Assembly: GCA_017616555.1 (NCBI GenBank)
Contig: JAFZXZ010000017.1
Location: 26,586-90,585, forward strand
DNA from: a bacterium
Lineage (GTDB): Bacteria; Auribacterota; UBA3054
DNA length: 64,000 nucleotides
Direction: 5' to 3'
Position numbers and translations under genes: made by a program. Of the stretch, positions 49,962 through 59,568 are shown one piece after another (the first letter of the stretch is position 1; the number at the start of each line of letters is the position of its first letter). The notes beneath the pieces are model-generated. The model saw only the letters and a program-made list of their open reading frames with translations, did no database searches and was not told the DNA's origin.

Positions 49962-51347
49962 ATGACTAACGAAGAACTTGAAAACATGGTTGCCAAACGC
50001 GAGAGACATGATCTCGAGCTGAAGGAGTCGTTCGGAACGGAAACGATTGAAACAGTCTGCGCCTTCGCCAACGCCAGCGGAGGATTAATAATAATCGGCA
50101 TAGACGACAAGGGTGAGCCGGCGAAGAAAAATCTGCGAGTTGAATCTTTGCGGGATTTTGAGAACAAAATATCCACCGCTACGGAACCATCCGTCGCGGT
50201 GGACGTGGAAGAAAACTTATACCGCGGACATAAGGTCGTCGTTATCCGGGGGCAGGAAAACCCGCTCAAGCCCGTGGCGACAAGAGGAAGATGCTTTATA
50301 AGGAAAGGCAGCGTGAACCATCAAATGACGCCAACGGAAATAGCGGAATGCCACATAAAGTCGACAGGCGGCAGCATGGACGCCATAATCATCCCGGGAG
50401 TTGCAAAAGAAGACATCGACATGGAAGCCGTCCGCGATTACATGAAAAGAGCAACGGCGAAAGGCCGCAGAACTTTCACCATGGAAGAAGATCCCTGGGA
50501 CGTGCTGACCAAATTGGAATTGGTAAAGTCCGAAACCGAGATCACGCTAGCAGCCTATTTGCTTTTTGCGAAAGATCCGCAGCTGAAGTTTTCCCAAGCG
50601 GTAATACATGCCGGTGCGTTCAAAGCCAACGGAGCCGTCATTACTGACAGCCGGGATATGCAGGGACACATCCAGGATCAAATCGATGAGACGATTTCCT
50701 TTATTCAGAAAAACATCCATTGCGCCCTTATCGTTCCTCCCGGAAGAGTAGATCATGTTCCAGTCTGGGATTATCCTATAGAAGCAGTACGCGAAACCGT
50801 AACAAACGCCGTTTGCCACAGAGACTACGGCTCGCCTCATGACATACAGATCAAAATACTCGATAACGATCTTGTTGTTTCAAGCCCAGGGGAACTGCCA
50901 TTCGATATGTCCCTGGAAACGCTCATGGATCCAAACCACTCATCCAAACCACGCAATAAACTGATCGCAAAAATATTTTTCGACATGGGTATCATAGAGC
51001 AATACGGAAGAGGCATCACCAAGATCAAGGAAGAATGCGAAAAAAACAGCAACCCTTATCCGGAATGGGACAGCCGCCTGGGTACGTTCACAACGGTTTA
51101 TAGAACGCGAACTGCCAAATCCGATCATATAAAAACCAAGACGATAAAAATCATAACTCCTTTTCAAAAGGAAATCATGCTTTTCTTGAGCCAAAATCCT
51201 TCAGCATCAAGAAAACAACTTATTGAGAAGTTTCCTAGCACGACGGAAGGTGTGTTAAAGAATAATCTTAAACGCTTGAAAGAACTGGGTATTATAAGGC
51301 ATATTGGGCCAAGATTTGGAGGGAAGTGGGAAGTTTTCTTTGATTAA
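49962..51347 (+). CDS. AlbA_2 (Schlafen-like) / HATPase_c_4 / C-terminal wHTH protein
   Basis: ELKES, TVCAFANASGGLIIIGIDD, YPIEAVRETVTNAVCHRDY, PRNKLIA, IEQYGRG, RHIGPRFGGKWEV. Confidence 0.88.
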   Translation: MTNEELENMVAKRERHDLELKESFGTETIETVCAFANASGGLIIIGIDDKGEPAKKNLRVESLRDFENKISTATEPSVAVDVEENLYRGHKVVVIRGQENPLKPVATRGRCFIRKGSVNHQMTPTEIAECHIKSTGGSMDAIIIPGVAKEDIDMEAVRDYMKRATAKGRRTFTMEEDPWDVLTKLELVKSETEITLAAYLLFAKDPQLKFSQAVIHAGAFKANGAVITDSRDMQGHIQDQIDETISFIQKNIHCALIVPPGRVDHVPVWDYPIEAVRETVTNAVCHRDYGSPHDIQIKILDNDLVVSSPGELPFDMSLETLMDPNHSSKPRNKLIAKIFFDMGIIEQYGRGITKIKEECEKNSNPYPEWDSRLGTFTTVYRTRTAKSDHIKTKTIKIITPFQKEIMLFLSQNPSASRKQLIEKFPSTTEGVLKNNLKRLKELGIIRHIGPRFGGKWEVFFD

Positions 51348-51350
51348 ATA

Positions 51351-51533
51351 ATCAATTCCAATAATTATCCTAACGCTTTTATCGTATCTTCCCTTTTAGA
51401 AATGTGTTATATAGAAAGATTCTCTTGTGATTTGTCCCAACGGCCATCCTAACACATTCTCCTATAACTTTTTATTAAGAAAGCATTTACATAGGCTATT
51501 GTTTTTTATAATTATCCTAACAATTGTCCTAAC
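51351..51533. repeat. Array of three tandem pairs of 12-bp repeats (consensus AATTRTCCTAAC) at about 80-bp period
   Basis: Pairs at 51351/51363, 51430/51442 and 51510/51522. Confidence 0.6.
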
Positions 51534-51894
51534 GAAGCAGAGAGTGGAATTGCGGGAGGTTGCGGATGACCCAGTAGAGCAGGATGACGATGAGGACGAC
51601 TATTGGGAGCGCGACGGAGCGTCTGGCCCTCTTGGAGAAGATGAGGATTATTACGGTGGGGATGGCCAGAAAGAGGATGGGATTGTAGCTGAAGGCTTCG
51701 ATAATACGTCCGTTAGCGAGGCTGTGGAGCGCGCGGGAGGTGCCGCAGCCCGGGCAGTCGAAGCCGGTGAGGGCGCGGAAGGAGCAGTGGGGAAAATACG
51801 GGGACGCGGTCGGATCGACAAAAGAGAAAAACGCGATTATAGCCAATATGACCAGAGCGGCGGCGACAAGGTTTATTTTCGCTCGTCTTTCCAT
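51529..51894 (-). CDS. DUF2752 membrane protein
   Basis: PHCSFRALTGFDCPGCGTSRA, AFSYNP, WVIRN. Confidence 0.88.
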   Translation of the reverse strand: MERRAKINLVAAALVILAIIAFFSFVDPTASPYFPHCSFRALTGFDCPGCGTSRALHSLANGRIIEAFSYNPILFLAIPTVIILIFSKRARRSVALPIVVLIVILLYWVIRNLPQFHSLLR

Positions 51895-53201
51895 ACGTGG
51901 CGGTAAAGTCTTGTTATGTGATCGGAGGTGCTTTCCTTGACGAAAGTGTAAAATTCCCAGCCGTAGCGTTCGTAAAAAGAAGTGTGCTCGGTGGCGAGGT
52001 AGAGCGTGTCGCAGCCTTTCGTCTGCATGTCCCTGGCGATGTGGTTTAGAAGCGCGCCCGCCAGTCCCTGCTTCCTAAAAGGCTCTTCCACGAACAGGGC
52101 GCAGAGATTGGGAGCGAGATCCGGCCTCATGTGAAAGTCGTTGGGAATGATGCCGGCGCCGGCGATTATTTTTTTCGTTTCAGGATCCCTTATGACGTAC
52201 CAGTAATTGTCCCTGGGCTCACGCATGCTGGCAAGGTAGGCGCTTTTGGGAATGTGCCATTTGCCGCTGAACCAGGAGGCAGCTTCCTCCATTTCTTTGT
52301 CGCTTTGGGAAACCGTTTCAATAGGTCTTAACGTTTGCGGGATCTTGAAGACGCCGGTTCTCCAGCCTTCGATGAGCGTCGATTTTTGCTCTATGGCGCC
52401 CAAATGAGTGAAAAGCAAGGAGAGCTTGGGATACTGCTCGTCCAGGATGCCGGCCAAAATCAGATGACCGCCCGGGGCTACAGCGGCCATTAGACGCTCT
52501 ACGTTGCGTTCTAAGACGGCGCAGAGGATGTTGGCGATAACTATATCGTATTTTCTCTTAGGGGCGTAAAAAAAGAGGTCCTGCTGAAAAACGGATATTT
52601 TGTCTTCCACTTGGTTTTTTTCAGCATTCTCTTTGGCGGCCATCACCGCCTGGGGCTCGTTGTCGAAGGCGTCGATCTTTTTGATGCCGAGTTTCGCTCC
52701 GGCCACGGAGAGAATGCCCGTGCCGGTGCCGGCGTCCAGAAGACTTTCAGGCTTGTTTTGGTTTGCAATTTCCTCCAGGAATTCCAGGCAGGCTCTGCTG
52801 GTGCCGTGGCTGCCGGTGCCGAAGGCCATGCCGGGATCGTTTATGAGGATGATGTCGTCAGGCTTGGGCGAATACGTTTCCCAGGAAGGCACGATGACAA
52901 GATTCTTCCCTGCTCTGCTGACATGGAAATTTTCTTTCCATTTTTCCGCCCAGTCTTCTTTTTTGACGATCCTTCTGTCCAGGGAAAAATCGGCAGTCAA
53001 TAGTTTCGCCGTCTCCAAAAGTTTTGTTTCGGCTTCTTTTGCTTCATCTTCGCTTTTCAAAAAAAGGCTGAAGACGGCCTTTTCGGAATCGGTGAGCTTT
53101 TCTACGGAAAAATCGGCTTCGGGATCGTCCCAAAGTTCGGCGAGCTGCTCGCAGACGATCGGTTCGGCGCTTAAGCGTAATTCGATGAGATCAGCCATCA
53201 C
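51873..53201 (-). CDS. prmA: Ribosomal protein L11 methyltransferase fused to a C-terminal GNAT domain
   Basis: DWAEKWK, DPGMAFGTGSHGT, LDAGTGTGIL, ANIL; then GNAT FRKQGLAGALL...FYERYGW. Confidence 0.85.
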   Translation of the reverse strand: MMADLIELRLSAEPIVCEQLAELWDDPEADFSVEKLTDSEKAVFSLFLKSEDEAKEAETKLLETAKLLTADFSLDRRIVKKEDWAEKWKENFHVSRAGKNLVIVPSWETYSPKPDDIILINDPGMAFGTGSHGTSRACLEFLEEIANQNKPESLLDAGTGTGILSVAGAKLGIKKIDAFDNEPQAVMAAKENAEKNQVEDKISVFQQDLFFYAPKRKYDIVIANILCAVLERNVERLMAAVAPGGHLILAGILDEQYPKLSLLFTHLGAIEQKSTLIEGWRTGVFKIPQTLRPIETVSQSDKEMEEAASWFSGKWHIPKSAYLASMREPRDNYWYVIRDPETKKIIAGAGIIPNDFHMRPDLAPNLCALFVEEPFRKQGLAGALLNHIARDMQTKGCDTLYLATEHTSFYERYGWEFYTFVKESTSDHITRLYRHVWKDERK

Positions 53202-54613
53202 TTCAGAAGAGAGGCGCCGAGTTCCGTCATTTTCTCGGCTTCGGGAAGAGTGGGCGCTTCCGCGTAGAAACGGCAGACCGGCTCGGTGCCGGAGAACCTG
53301 AGGAGCAGCCAGGAATCGTCCTCCAGCTCGAATTTGACGCCGTCGATGGTTTTGATGTTCACTACCTTGCGGCCGAGGATCTCAGAGGGAGGATTAGTCT
53401 CCAGTTTTTTCATGAAAGCGTCTTTCGCGTTCGGGTCGCACTCTTTGTCGATCCTGTGGTAGCGCAGCTTTCCGAATTCAGAGTCGATGTAGTCCATGGC
53501 TTCGCCGGCGTTCCTGAAGCCGAGACCAATGAGAGCCTCAGTGAAGAGAAGGCCGGACAATACGCCGTCTCTTTCGGGAATGTGCTTCCGGTAGCCAAGG
53601 CCTCCGCTCTCTTCGGTGCCCACCAGGGCGCTGCCGTCAAGAAGGAAGGGAACGATATATTTGAAGCCCACGGGCTTTTCTTCCAATGGAATCCCATATT
53701 TCTCACAGAAGCGGTCGATGGTCTTGGAGCAGGAGACGGTCTTGATCATCTTTCCCGACCACTTTTTGCACTTCATAAAATAAAGCGCGAGAAGCAGGGC
53801 GATCTTGGGAGTTATGATGTACTCTCCCCTGCTGTCAACGGCCGCCAGGCGGTCGGCGTCGCCGTCCGTGACCAGGCAGACGTCGAAACCTTCTTCCTTG
53901 GTTTTCGCGATGCTTTCGGCCATGTTCGGAGGAACAGGCTCTGGGGCGATGCCCGGGAAGGAGGGGTTGCGTTCCGCTCTGATGGTGACAGCCTCATGGC
54001 CGTACTTGTTGAGAATGTCCGCAATATAAGTTTTGCCCACGCCGTAGAGGGAATCCACGAGGACTTTCAGTTTTTTGGTTTTCAGAAGATCCTTGTCCAG
54101 GAAATTCTCCACCCATTCCAGATAGACTTTTTCCGGGTCGCCTGTGAGGACCAGGCCCTTTTTCTCAGCTTCTTCTTTCGTTAGCCTTTTGGGCGGGTTC
54201 TTCCCTACCTGGGCTTCGATGCCCTTGGTAGTGGCAACGTCCGCGGAGCAGCCCGGGGGAAGCTTGATCTTGAAGCCGCTGTAGTTGGCGGGATTGTGGC
54301 TGGCGGTTATCATGACGCCGCCCGCCAGATCAAAATGCTTTACGGCATAGGAAACAGCAGGCGTCGGCAAAGGCTTATTTGAAAGCATCACCTTAAAGCC
54401 GTTGCCCCAGAGGATCTCGGAAACGAGCGAGGCGAAGCGCTTGCCCAGAAAACGGTGGTCGTAGCCAACGACAAGCGAAGCGCCGGATTTGCCTTCCGCT
54501 TTGAGATAATCGGCATAGGCCTGGGCGGCCAGGGAAAGGTTCTCAAAAGTGAAGGTGTCGGCTATCACGCCGCGCCAGCCGTCAGTTCCAAATTTTATAA
54601 TATGCTCAGCCAT
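53198..54613 (-). CDS. Phosphoglucomutase/phosphomannomutase family
   Basis: FGTDGWRG, TASHNP, DGDADR, GTEESGG, RFSGTEP. Confidence 0.92.
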   Translation of the reverse strand: MAEHIIKFGTDGWRGVIADTFTFENLSLAAQAYADYLKAEGKSGASLVVGYDHRFLGKRFASLVSEILWGNGFKVMLSNKPLPTPAVSYAVKHFDLAGGVMITASHNPANYSGFKIKLPPGCSADVATTKGIEAQVGKNPPKRLTKEEAEKKGLVLTGDPEKVYLEWVENFLDKDLLKTKKLKVLVDSLYGVGKTYIADILNKYGHEAVTIRAERNPSFPGIAPEPVPPNMAESIAKTKEEGFDVCLVTDGDADRLAAVDSRGEYIITPKIALLLALYFMKCKKWSGKMIKTVSCSKTIDRFCEKYGIPLEEKPVGFKYIVPFLLDGSALVGTEESGGLGYRKHIPERDGVLSGLLFTEALIGLGFRNAGEAMDYIDSEFGKLRYHRIDKECDPNAKDAFMKKLETNPPSEILGRKVVNIKTIDGVKFELEDDSWLLLRFSGTEPVCRFYAEAPTLPEAEKMTELGASLLK

Positions 54614-54614
54614 C

Positions 54615-55322
54615 TTATTTCTTTTCCATCGCGTAGAAAGCTTTTATCCTCTCAGCCATGTCCGCTTTGCCGAAAAGATAGCTGCCGGCCACGAAAACGT
54701 TGGCGCCGGCCTTGAAGCAGAGATCCTTGGTCTCGCCGTCCACGCCGCCGTCCACTTCCAGGGCGCAGTCGAGGTTTTTCTTCTCTATCTCAGCTTTCAG
54801 CGTTTCGATTTTGGGAAGCATGTCGGCCATGAAGCTTTGTCCGCCGAAGCCGGGCTCTACCGTCATGACTAAAACGATGTCGCAGAGCTCAATGTACGGG
54901 AAGATCGCTTCTGCAGGAGTTTTCGGTTTTACGACTAATCCGACGGCGCAGCCGGAATTTTTAAGACCTGTAAGAGTGTCCGTAATCGTCTTCGCGTCTT
55001 TGAAGGCCGGGCTCTCGATGTGCATGGTGATGATGTCGGCGCCGGCTTCCCTGAACTTGGGAGCGTAGGTGACGGGATCGTCGATCATGAGGTGGACGTC
55101 GAAGATCATATCGCTCTTGGGCCTGAGTTTTTTAACGACCGGATGCCCGAAAGTGAGATTGGGAACAAAGTGGGCGTCCATGATGTCCCAGTGGATGAGG
55201 TTCGCGCCGGCAGTTTCCGCCGTCTTGATCTCTTCCGCCCACTTGGAAAAATCGCAGGACAGAAGCGAGGGCGAAACGCAAATGCCCTTGAGCGTATCCT
55301 TAATTTCTTTTATGGTCTTCAT
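54615..55322 (-). CDS. rpe: Ribulose-phosphate 3-epimerase
   Basis: HWDIMDAHFVPNLTFG, DVHLM, MTVEPGFGGQ, VDGG; ATG at 55322 preferred. Confidence 0.93.
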   Translation of the reverse strand: MKTIKEIKDTLKGICVSPSLLSCDFSKWAEEIKTAETAGANLIHWDIMDAHFVPNLTFGHPVVKKLRPKSDMIFDVHLMIDDPVTYAPKFREAGADIITMHIESPAFKDAKTITDTLTGLKNSGCAVGLVVKPKTPAEAIFPYIELCDIVLVMTVEPGFGGQSFMADMLPKIETLKAEIEKKNLDCALEVDGGVDGETKDLCFKAGANVFVAGSYLFGKADMAERIKAFYAMEKK

Positions 55323-55432
55323 ATAAGAAATTATACTAGAAGCCCGTTTAAAATACAAAGCGGACGGCTGCCGGCACTACCAACTAAACCGGCTAAATGT
55401 TATAATCCTTTGAATATTCTTTTCGGAAATTT

Positions 55433-57922
55433 ATGGAATCCGCTTCCGCCCAAAAGCAAGGCACCAAGCCGCAGCGTTTCTTTACCGACGGTGATCCGGT
55501 CACCGAGAGAGGCATACGCCGCGCCCTGAACATGACCATTCTGTCCGGAGTCTTTAGCAACGTCTGGACAGCCATCACCGTGAACCTCCCCTATCAGATG
55601 TACCTGTCGGTCCTGCAGGCTTCCGGTAAACTGGTCGGCTTGGCCGGCACAATAACAAGCTTCACGATGATCTTGCAACTGCCCGGCGCTTTCATTTCCG
55701 AGATGCTGAAGGAAAGGCGGCCTATGGTCATCTTCTTCGCTTTCATTCAGCGCTTCCTCTGGTTCATCCCGGCTTTCATGCCGCTCTTTTCCAAGGATTA
55801 CAAAGTCCTGGCCATAACCTTGGTCGCCGTCTGCGTAGTAAGTATGGCGCTCGGCAACTTCATCACCGGCTCCTGGCTGGCCTGGATGACGGACCTCATC
55901 CCCAACGACAAGGCCGGCAACTACTGGGGCCGCCGCATGACCATTGTCATGACGGTCTATCTCGGCACGATCTTCCTTTCCGGCTACGCCCTGGACATCC
56001 TGCCGGGAGTTTGGAAGGATCTGCCTCTCCTTGGCTTCATGGTGGTCTTCTTCACGGCCGGCGTCTTCAGCATGATCGATATTTTCTATCAGACCAAGAC
56101 GGCCGAAGTGACTCCCGAGCATCCCAACCGCGACAGAGGCATGCTTGAAAGGGCGGTAATGCCTTTCAAAAACAAAAATTTCCTCTTCCTTACTTTCGCC
56201 TACAGCGCCTGGTTCTTCCTGAACACCATCTTCGCGGCTTTCTCTTACATCTTCATCCGCCAGGAATACGGCATAAGCTACCATGTCATTTCTTTCATCG
56301 CCGGCGCCAATATTCTGGGCATCGTGGCCTTCAGCAGGATCAGCGGCTACATCATTGACAGATTGTCCGCCAGAAACTATGTGATATTCCTGATCATCAT
56401 AGAACCCTTGGTCAACCTCTACTGGTTTTTCATCTATCCTGACAAAAGCTTCAGCTTTTCCCTGCCTTTTATTGAACGCACGTTCGTGGTCGCCCAGCCT
56501 GTTCTTGTCCTTATGATCGGGCAGTTCATGTTCGGCGCGCTGGCCAACGCCGTTTACATGGGACAAATGGCGCTCCTCGGGATCCACGCCCCGACGCACG
56601 ACCGCTCCATCGCCATGGCGAGCCATAACTTCGTCGTGGGCATGATCTCGGCCTTGGGTCCTGTTCTAGCCGGTATTTTCATCGACCACTTCAAAGCGTA
56701 TCACACCGTCATCCTTGGCGCTGACTGGCGTTACATGCAGCTTATCGCGGCTGGGCTTACGATCTTCGCCTGGACCGCCGTCCTTCCCCTGTTCCTTAAG
56801 ATCTCCGTGATGGCTAACGAAATGCCCTTCAAGGATGCCGTAGGCAGATTGGCCTTCTACAATCCTATCAGGATGGCGCGTTCCATGTACAACATCATCA
56901 CCATCCAGAACTCCACGGACGCGGAAGCCAGGGCGGAAGCCGTGGAGGAATTGGGCGAAGAGAACGCAGCCATCGCCGTCAAGGACCTGGTTGAAAAAAT
57001 GGGCGACCCCTCCTATGAAGTAAGAGAGGCCGCCGCCAAAGCACTGGGCACCATCGGCAGCCCGGACGCCATCAAAGCCATTCTGGAACTTCTGAAGGAC
57101 GAGGACACCGACCTGCCCATCACTTTGATCAGGGCTTTGAGAATGAACAACAGCAAGGAAGGCATTCCCGTCATCACTGAGAAGCTGGACTCCCAGAATC
57201 CTTTCGTGCAGCGCGAGGCTGCGAGGACTTTGGGCGTTTTGGGAGGCGTCACCGCCATACCCAGGCTCTGGGAACTATTGAAGACGACCAACAACGCGAC
57301 CGTTGCAACAGCCGTCTCCGGAGCTCTGGCAAAATTAGGCTGTCATGACGCTATCAAGGATGTTTTCGCGCACTACCGCATCACTGAGAACGTGACGCTG
57401 AAAAAGGAAATGGCCCTGGCCATGAGCACCATGCTCGTTCCCGAAGGCGGTTTCTACGAAATAATGACGAAAGAGGACAAAGCTTTCGCCAGCCAGCCGG
57501 AAAAACTGATATCCACTTTCTCCTGGAGCGTGGTCTGCATGGCGGAAAGGCTCTCGAGCTCCCAGACTCCCGGACGCACTCATCACCAGAACGTGCTTTT
57601 GGCGACCGCCCAGAAAGAAAAAGCCAAAAAAATACTGCCAGCCTATGAAAGCAATCCTCCCTTGGCGGCCCTTCTGGCCTGGAACATAGGAAAGGACCTG
57701 AGCTACCTGCGCTTCGGCTTCTCTTTCCCGCACGTCCCCGGAGAGGAAAGCATTTATCTTGACAATCTCTACGACTGCGACGAGCGTTTCGGACTGGGCA
57801 TGTGGCTCATTCACGAAATGAGCGAAGCGGCCAAGAACGCGGAAAATGTCACATCCCTGGACATTCTTATCATCATTCACTTCCTCTCCAACTGGTGCCG
57901 TGAGGAAGCGACCAAGCCTTAA
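55433..57922 (+). CDS. MFS transporter fused to C-terminal HEAT repeats
   Basis: About 12 hydrophobic segments in the first ~460 aa, then VREAAAKALG / VQREAARTLG HEAT repeats. Confidence 0.82.
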   Translation: MESASAQKQGTKPQRFFTDGDPVTERGIRRALNMTILSGVFSNVWTAITVNLPYQMYLSVLQASGKLVGLAGTITSFTMILQLPGAFISEMLKERRPMVIFFAFIQRFLWFIPAFMPLFSKDYKVLAITLVAVCVVSMALGNFITGSWLAWMTDLIPNDKAGNYWGRRMTIVMTVYLGTIFLSGYALDILPGVWKDLPLLGFMVVFFTAGVFSMIDIFYQTKTAEVTPEHPNRDRGMLERAVMPFKNKNFLFLTFAYSAWFFLNTIFAAFSYIFIRQEYGISYHVISFIAGANILGIVAFSRISGYIIDRLSARNYVIFLIIIEPLVNLYWFFIYPDKSFSFSLPFIERTFVVAQPVLVLMIGQFMFGALANAVYMGQMALLGIHAPTHDRSIAMASHNFVVGMISALGPVLAGIFIDHFKAYHTVILGADWRYMQLIAAGLTIFAWTAVLPLFLKISVMANEMPFKDAVGRLAFYNPIRMARSMYNIITIQNSTDAEARAEAVEELGEENAAIAVKDLVEKMGDPSYEVREAAAKALGTIGSPDAIKAILELLKDEDTDLPITLIRALRMNNSKEGIPVITEKLDSQNPFVQREAARTLGVLGGVTAIPRLWELLKTTNNATVATAVSGALAKLGCHDAIKDVFAHYRITENVTLKKEMALAMSTMLVPEGGFYEIMTKEDKAFASQPEKLISTFSWSVVCMAERLSSSQTPGRTHHQNVLLATAQKEKAKKILPAYESNPPLAALLAWNIGKDLSYLRFGFSFPHVPGEESIYLDNLYDCDERFGLGMWLIHEMSEAAKNAENVTSLDILIIIHFLSNWCREEATKP

Positions 57923-59568
57923 GCGTTCTTAAGGATCTCTTCGGCCATTTCTTTCAGAGCGCGGAAGTCCGTCTTGCCGGTTCCCTGCAGCGGGATCTTT
58001 TCGACTTTCAAAACCTGGCTAATTCTGGCGAGGTTGGAGAAGCCGCCTTCTTTTAGCGCATTGTTGACTTCCGTCCTGTCGATGTCCTGCGTCGTCAGCA
58101 TGACGATGAAAGGCTTGCCGTCGCCTTCGAAATACTGCAAGGCAAGGCTCGGCCCCATGGCATTGGAGGGCCACTTGGCTTCCAAGATCTGCTCCAGGGC
58201 CGGCAGGCTGATCATTTCGCCGCCGATCTTCACGAAGCGTTTCAAGCGGCCGGAAATAACGATGACGCCTTCTTCCGTAAGGTAGCCGATGTCGCCCGTG
58301 TTGTACCAAGTTCTGCCGTCGAATTCCAGGAAGGGGCTCTTCAGAGATTTGTCAAGATAGCCATGGAAAATGCTGGGGCCGGAAACACAGATAATGCCTT
58401 CCTGCATAGGCGGAAGTTTCTCGCCGGTCTCTAAGGAGACGATGGCGGCCTTCACGTGCCTGAAGGGCTTGCCTACGCCGACGGTCCTAGGAACTCTGTA
58501 ATCGCCCACGGAAATGACCGGCGCGCATTCCGTCACGCCGTAGCCTTCCCTCAGGATGGCCTGGGGCGCGACCTTCTCGTAGCCTTCGAAGACTTCCTGG
58601 GGCGTTCTCTCGCCGCCCGCCACGACTTTCAGAACATACTGCAGCTGCTCGGGCCTGGCCGCTTTCAGAATGCCTTTCAGGAAAGTGGGAGTGGCCGGCA
58701 GAATGGACATTTTCCAATCTTCCAGCATCTGGGCCAGATTCTTGTAATCAAGAGGATTGGGATAGTGCACCGTTCTGACGCCCGCCACCATGGGCAGCAC
58801 CACGGAAGTGGTGAGACCGTAGGAATGGAAAGGCGGGAGAATGGAGAAAATGGAATCCTGGGAGTTGGCCAAAAGAGCCTCGGCCGCGTCGCCGCTGTTG
58901 ATAAGAAGATTCTTGTGGGTAAGGGGAACGCCTTTGGGCAGGTTCTCGGAACCGGATGTGAAAAGGATCAGCGCGACGTCGTCCTCTTTCGTGTCCTTCT
59001 GATTGTAGAGGGAAAGAATGGTGCTAACGGGCAGCAAGCTCTTCACGAAAGCTTTTAGTTTGCCCCAGGGCGTGGCGCCCGCTTTCAAAATGTCTTCAAG
59101 GAACAAAAGCTTGTCTTCGAAAAGATCCTTGGGCACGTTGTCCATGCGGCTCCAGACTTTCTTGGAAGTCAGAATGGTCGTCAGTTCCGCGCTCTTCAAA
59201 ACGTGCTCCAGGCTCTTTCTGCCCAGCGTCCAGTTCAGGGGCACGGGCACTTTCTTCGCCATGATGCAGCCCACTAGAAGATGGTCGGTGGCCGCAAGCG
59301 ACGGCATGAAGATGCCGATCCTTTCCGCCTTGATGTTCTTGACGGAATCCGCGATAAGAAGCGTCACGACTCTCGACTTGGCGTAGTCCAGTTCGCCGAG
59401 GATGGCATCGGCGTCGGAGATGTATTTGCTGCCCAACCGCGCGCATGCTTTCAGATAGGCTTCAGGGATCGTTGAGCCGTCGATGAACGGTTCCGGCCTA
59501 TTTTCATTGGCGAACCATTTTTTTGAAGGCATGAAACGGAAGGATCTGTTGTCTTGTTCGTTGCTCAT
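57919..59568 (-). CDS. Stand-alone Aas-type acyl-ACP synthetase (AMP-binding)
   Basis: FTSGSENLPKGVPL, LPPFHSYG, EGYGVTE, YNTGD, RFVKIGGEMISL, GTGKTD. Confidence 0.88.
   Translation of the reverse strand: MSNEQDNRSFRFMPSKKWFANENRPEPFIDGSTIPEAYLKACARLGSKYISDADAILGELDYAKSRVVTLLIADSVKNIKAERIGIFMPSLAATDHLLVGCIMAKKVPVPLNWTLGRKSLEHVLKSAELTTILTSKKVWSRMDNVPKDLFEDKLLFLEDILKAGATPWGKLKAFVKSLLPVSTILSLYNQKDTKEDDVALILFTSGSENLPKGVPLTHKNLLINSGDAAEALLANSQDSIFSILPPFHSYGLTTSVVLPMVAGVRTVHYPNPLDYKNLAQMLEDWKMSILPATPTFLKGILKAARPEQLQYVLKVVAGGERTPQEVFEGYEKVAPQAILREGYGVTECAPVISVGDYRVPRTVGVGKPFRHVKAAIVSLETGEKLPPMQEGIICVSGPSIFHGYLDKSLKSPFLEFDGRTWYNTGDIGYLTEEGVIVISGRLKRFVKIGGEMISLPALEQILEAKWPSNAMGPSLALQYFEGDGKPFIVMLTTQDIDRTEVNNALKEGGFSNLARISQVLKVEKIPLQGTGKTDFRALKEMAEEILKNA

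Noticed and set aside
51351-51533. CRISPR array or integron attC sites
   Set aside because: Repeats are only 12 bp and degenerate, there are no cas or intI genes, and no paired RYYYAAC/GTTRRRY inverted cores
51427-51906. Plus-strand 159-aa ORF
   Set aside because: Antisense to the DUF2752 gene and starts within the repeat array
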